From the human T2T-CHM13v2.0 reference genome, Homo sapiens, in the NCBI RefSeq assembly GCF_009914755.1, contig NC_060937.1: a DNA stretch of 64,000 nt, one strand, 5' to 3'. Each line of letters opens with the position of its first letter. Position 1 is the first letter of the stretch. This document shows, piece by piece, positions 58,191 through 64,000 of this stretch. The translations under genes were made by a program, and so were the position numbers. Under the pieces are notes generated by a model that saw nothing but the letters and a program-made list of their open reading frames with translations, searched no databases and was not told the DNA's origin.

Positions 58191-61100
58191 AATGAAATAC
58201 AGTGAAGCTGCTAAGATTCATATACTTGAAGAGCATTTCATTATGTGGGAAATCGTGCACAAGCTAATGTTAAATAAGAACGAGCTCTATAGTCCATGTT
58301 CTCAACTTAAAAAAACCATGGATATGTGGTTCTAAACTAGAAGGAAGTACATTCAAATGTTGACAGTGATATTTCCTGGGTCAAGGAGTTGTGATTTTTT
58401 TTTTTTATTTCAATGCTGATTTCAAATTTTGTAAATATTCTGAAGTATACATGTGTTTATAAACATAAAATAATTATTTCAAAAATATTTAAATTAAGTT
58501 CAGGTAAAAGAGGGTCAGAGATGACCTTATCCTTTAACCATGGCTGGGACAGACTGGCTTTAAGGTAAAATTTTTAAACTGCTTGTTTTTGTTAGGTGTG
58601 GCAGTTGTATTATTCAGAATTATTATAGACAAATGGCAGACATCCAAGTCAAAAAGGATCAAGGGAGATGTGCAAGTAATTGACAAGTCCAAGGTGGGAC
58701 TAACTTAAGGCATGGCAGGATCTAGTGGCTAAAAGGACCTTATTAGGGCTATGTTGCTACCTCTAGAATCTGCTTCCCTTTCACTGACCTGATTCTCTTC
58801 CTCTATAGGTGACTTCTTTCATGTAACTGGAAAAGGTGGTGGTTGGCAGTTCTGATTTTACATAATTGCAGGCTGTGAAACAGGATTTAACTCTGCAGTA
58901 GAGTATTTTTCACTTGCAGACGAGACCCTGGTTAGACCCACGTGCCCATCTCTGAAATGAACATGATAGCTAGGGGAATAGAGTACTCAAATTAGCCAGT
59001 CTGGGTCACCCTGCCATCCCTCTGGGCAGGGGATCAGAGCAACATGACTTACCAGCTTCACTGACACTGCAGGAAATGGACCCTTTCCCAAATAAAAATA
59101 CAGGCCTTTTGTCCAGGCCTGTAAAATAATGACTCTCTATTAGCAGAGGGTACATCCTTATCTATTTTTTGTTGTGTTTTTACTCAGCTACATTGGCTCT
59201 GGTGTCTGAGTCATACTTGGTTGTTTCACGAGGCATCACATTTTTTTTGAGGTCACAGGGAGATCATTTTTTACATTTTTACTCTGGAGGTAAATAGCAC
59301 TTCAGCCAGTCAGTGATCTAAAAGTGTGTTTCCCAAAATATCTAATTTACTACCAGGCATAACCTAGGTTTTGGGAGAAATGAATATATTATCACTTAGA
59401 TTCTCATTACAGAGCAAGATGATTACCTTTCTTATAAGAAAAATGTAGAACTATTGGAGGAAACATATTTTTGCTAGTCCCAAAGAATTACCCTCACACA
59501 TTTTTGCAGGTGCTTATTGGTTGAATCATAAGATATTTGGCCAGGATCCCAAATTTTGTTCTGGCACCAACTGTCAGGTGTCTGTGGCTGAAGGGACATT
59601 CGAGGTACATTTACCTCTTATTCTTAACGAGGGCATGTAGTGAACCAGACGGGACCATTTGGGTTGTAAGGGTTCTGTTTTCCTGGTCAGGGCCTGGCTA
59701 GCAGCCTGTTAGATCTGTCCTCTGAGCCCATGCCAGTTCCCACTTCATGCTGTGGGGGATGGGGAGAGACTGATGGTTCAGGTACTTCCCACTGGAAAGA
59801 GGAGCCTTTTGGACCAATTTTATCAAACCAGCTCTATGAGAAAAGCGGCCTATGGGAGGAAAGAGACACACCTAAAATGAAAATAATGAGAGTTCTCTAC
59901 TCAGAGGATAGATTTTTAACCTCTTTGCTGCTTTCAGTGATCTGTTAACAATATGGCCTAATGGTGTCCCTGGTCTTGACTCACGTTGATGCTCTCCCTC
60001 CTTTGTGATGAGTGGCAGTTTGGGAGAATGGAAGTCTTGAATTTTGACTTCAGGGTAGAATGGGCAGACCAGATTCTTGGTTTCTCTGCATTCCAATGGC
60101 TTCAGCAGCCACAGGTCAATCAGTATGAATATGAAATACTGCCTTCTTTGGGAGTTTCCCAGTATATCAGAAAATTCAAGTTCTCACCTTCATGAGGATA
60201 CTTTTAAGAACCAAATTATTGTTCCTCTGTCCACCTGATATTGATGACTTAGGCACTTAATCCCCTCAGAGCCTTTTACCAATATCTCAGATGGGGTCCT
60301 AGAAACCACTGAAATGGATCAGAACATTATCTCAATTTAGTTGAAATTACTCTTCCTGTTCTATTTTCCATCTCAAATTATGCTTGACGGTGTTGTCCAG
60401 GATAAGGTTGTACATTGTATTTCAATATGTCTGGTAAGACATGCTCCATAATTTTGGAGTAAAAAAGATAAATATTTGTAAAAATTAATCATTTGGTTTC
60501 CTATCTGCCCTTAAAACACGATGTCTAGTATCTCCCTTTTGAAGCCCATTACTATCCCCGCTTCCCCCCAGATTGATGAAGGACTCTGGAGTCTCTGACC
60601 AAAGAGGTCAGTCCCACACCAAACCTTATGTGGAGGGGTAACTGATCAGTCCTCCATTGCCATTGCTTCTTGCTGCCACATAGTGTCTCTGTTGCAGCCT
60701 TTTCTGCCCTTTTCAAGAAAGTTGATTTGTCATGGAATCACCTTAGCTCCTTGGCATTCTGCAGTGGTTAGGTGGCCAGTACAATTCTTCATTCATACTC
60801 ACGTGGTGGCCATTGGCCCTAGAGTACAAGACTATGATAGGGTGACTTGGTTCTGGGATCTTCCTGCCAGAACCACAAATACTTAGGCACCAGGAGGTTG
60901 TGAATTGTCAGAACAAGAAGGTTGAAGAAGACTGGACACTAAATTTCTAGAATCTCTGGAGGAGAAATATTCATAGAATGAGTTGGCTTTGATGTCCTTG
61001 TAGGTCCCTTCCAATCCTAATGTTTGATTCTGAGATCTAAAAAACATTTAACATTGATACTATATTGTAAATTTGATCTTTCTTTATTTCATTTTTAACT

Positions 61101-62059
61101 ATAAAAATGCATAGTGTAAAAAAGTCAAACCATGTTGAAAGAATCTTTCATACTCCTCATATTTTATATCCTTTATTTTCTTTGCATATACAAGTGTTTA
61201 CATATATGATTATATGTATTTTATATATATATAATACATATGACTTAAAAATGTGTAGATTGGTAATAGAATTCTCATGAATATAACATAATTTATTTAA
61301 CTGGTCTTTCTTTGAACAGGTTAAATAAATTATTAGGATTGCAAGTGCTAAATTTCAAAGATCCCACCAAATAGCTGTCTAAAATAATATGCTAATTTAT
61401 ATTCCCACCAACAATATATTAGTGTTTTCCTCACATCTAACATGGAGTTTTTTAAATTGGCAACTTTAACACCTTTATATCTTATGAACTACCAGTCGGT
61501 TACTCTATTAAAACTTGTCTCGTTGTAAAACAAAATTCTTATTTTTCTCATAAAGATATTTATGAAAAATTTCACAAATATATAAATGTTCAAGGGCTAA
61601 AAATGTAGCAGTATTTTTGGAAGCCACAATCTTCTTAAGTCAAAAAAGTGACCATATCCCCATATACTATCTTCTTCCCACAGTTTGAGATTCCCTGCTT
61701 TTACCATTTCCATCAGTGTTTATTTTATCTGCATTTCAGTAACTTGTTTCTAGAGAATTTCTCTACAAAGATCAAGTACTTCTCTTTACATCATTTGCCA
61801 AAAAGAAAATCCAAAGGCTATAATGTGTTTGGATAAAATATTACACCTATTAATGTACTGTGGAAATTCATCATAGCCTTGTGCAGAGCTGTGACTCATC
61901 AAGGTCTTTATGGATCTTCTGACTTAAGCATATGTATGCCTTTACTGCTTGATTTGCCAGCTTTAGCTAATATCTATAAAAGAAGGAAAAACCATCATAC
62001 ATATTTTCTTTCTTGTCTTTCTAGTTTTGTTAATTATATAATTTCTAAACATTTCCAGG

Positions 62060-63400
<1,341 letters not shown>

Positions 63401-63534
63401 GTGTTCTTTTCTTTTTCTTTGGGAATTTCTCCATAGGTCCTATAGAACTAGAGCCTAGTCTTAGTGGATTTATGGCTGGTTTGGTCAAGCTTCTTATCCC
63501 ACTGTGTGTTTGTGTGTGTGTGTATGTGTGATTT

Positions 63535-63710
63535 TCTATTTTTATAGACTTAGAGAAGGTACAAATGCTGACTTGTTATGTGGATATTTTGTGTAGTGGT
63601 GACGTCTGGGCTTTCCATGCAACTATCACACAGATGGTGCACATTGTACCCATTAGGTAATTTCTCATCCCTCATTCTCCTTCACTTCTCCGATGTCTAG
63701 TATTCCACCA
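63535..63710 (-). mobile_element. L1 3' end fragment (L1PB/L1MA-like) preceded by (TG)n
   Basis: gtagtggtgacgtctgggcttt...gcacattgtacccattaggtaatttctcatccctc. Confidence 0.7.
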
Positions 63711-64000
63711 AGAGAGGGAGAGAGATTCTAATCTTTCCCCTAGCCAGCAGAGATTGATGCTGCAGGACAGCAATCAATGAAAACCTTCTCCTGTAGTCAG
63801 CCTGTCCCACTCACTGACGACTGCTTCCTGACTTCTCATCCCTCCCTGCCTTTTCTGTGCCAGATGGGATTAGGGAAGCTCTTGCCATCAGTGCACTTAC
63901 CCCAGTCTGTTACAAAAAAGAGATTGTTGGTGTTCTCTCTCATAATTTGCAACATCTTGGAAAAATGGATGTGGCTGGCTTTGTCTGTGGTCTGTAGCCA

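Noticed and set aside
59990-60900. Possible ERVL/MaLR internal sequence
   Set aside because: Faint resemblance only; no ORF or boundary could be supported by eye.

Overview
Human genomic DNA from the HTR2A (serotonin 5-HT2A receptor) locus, gene on the minus strand. The window holds the promoter, a probable upstream exon donor (53203), exon 1 (donor at 51925), exon 2 (51485-50746, main ATG at 51157), exon 3 (47841-47641) and about 47.6 kb of the long last intron. The final coding exon (TM5-TM7) lies left of the window. The rest is typical primate repeat landscape: Alu, L1, L2, MIR, MaLR/ERV LTRs and MER DNA transposons. Repeat subfamily names were assigned by eye, and variant and lncRNA names were recalled from memory. 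I see no evidence of a wholly new gene system. The best leads are: (1) a splice-junction switch in which exon 1's last T forms TGA with either exon-2 acceptor but TGG with exon 3; (2) a ~215-bp copy of neighbouring DNA inserted inside an AluY with junction microhomology, one of five short local dispersed duplications; (3) five uORFs in the exon-2 leader, one overlapping the main ATG; (4) an intronic CpG-rich patch with a near-consensus CTCF site; (5) a candidate retrocopied mRNA 3' end with sense-oriented poly(A) signals; (6) an LTR as candidate promoter of the antisense RNA.
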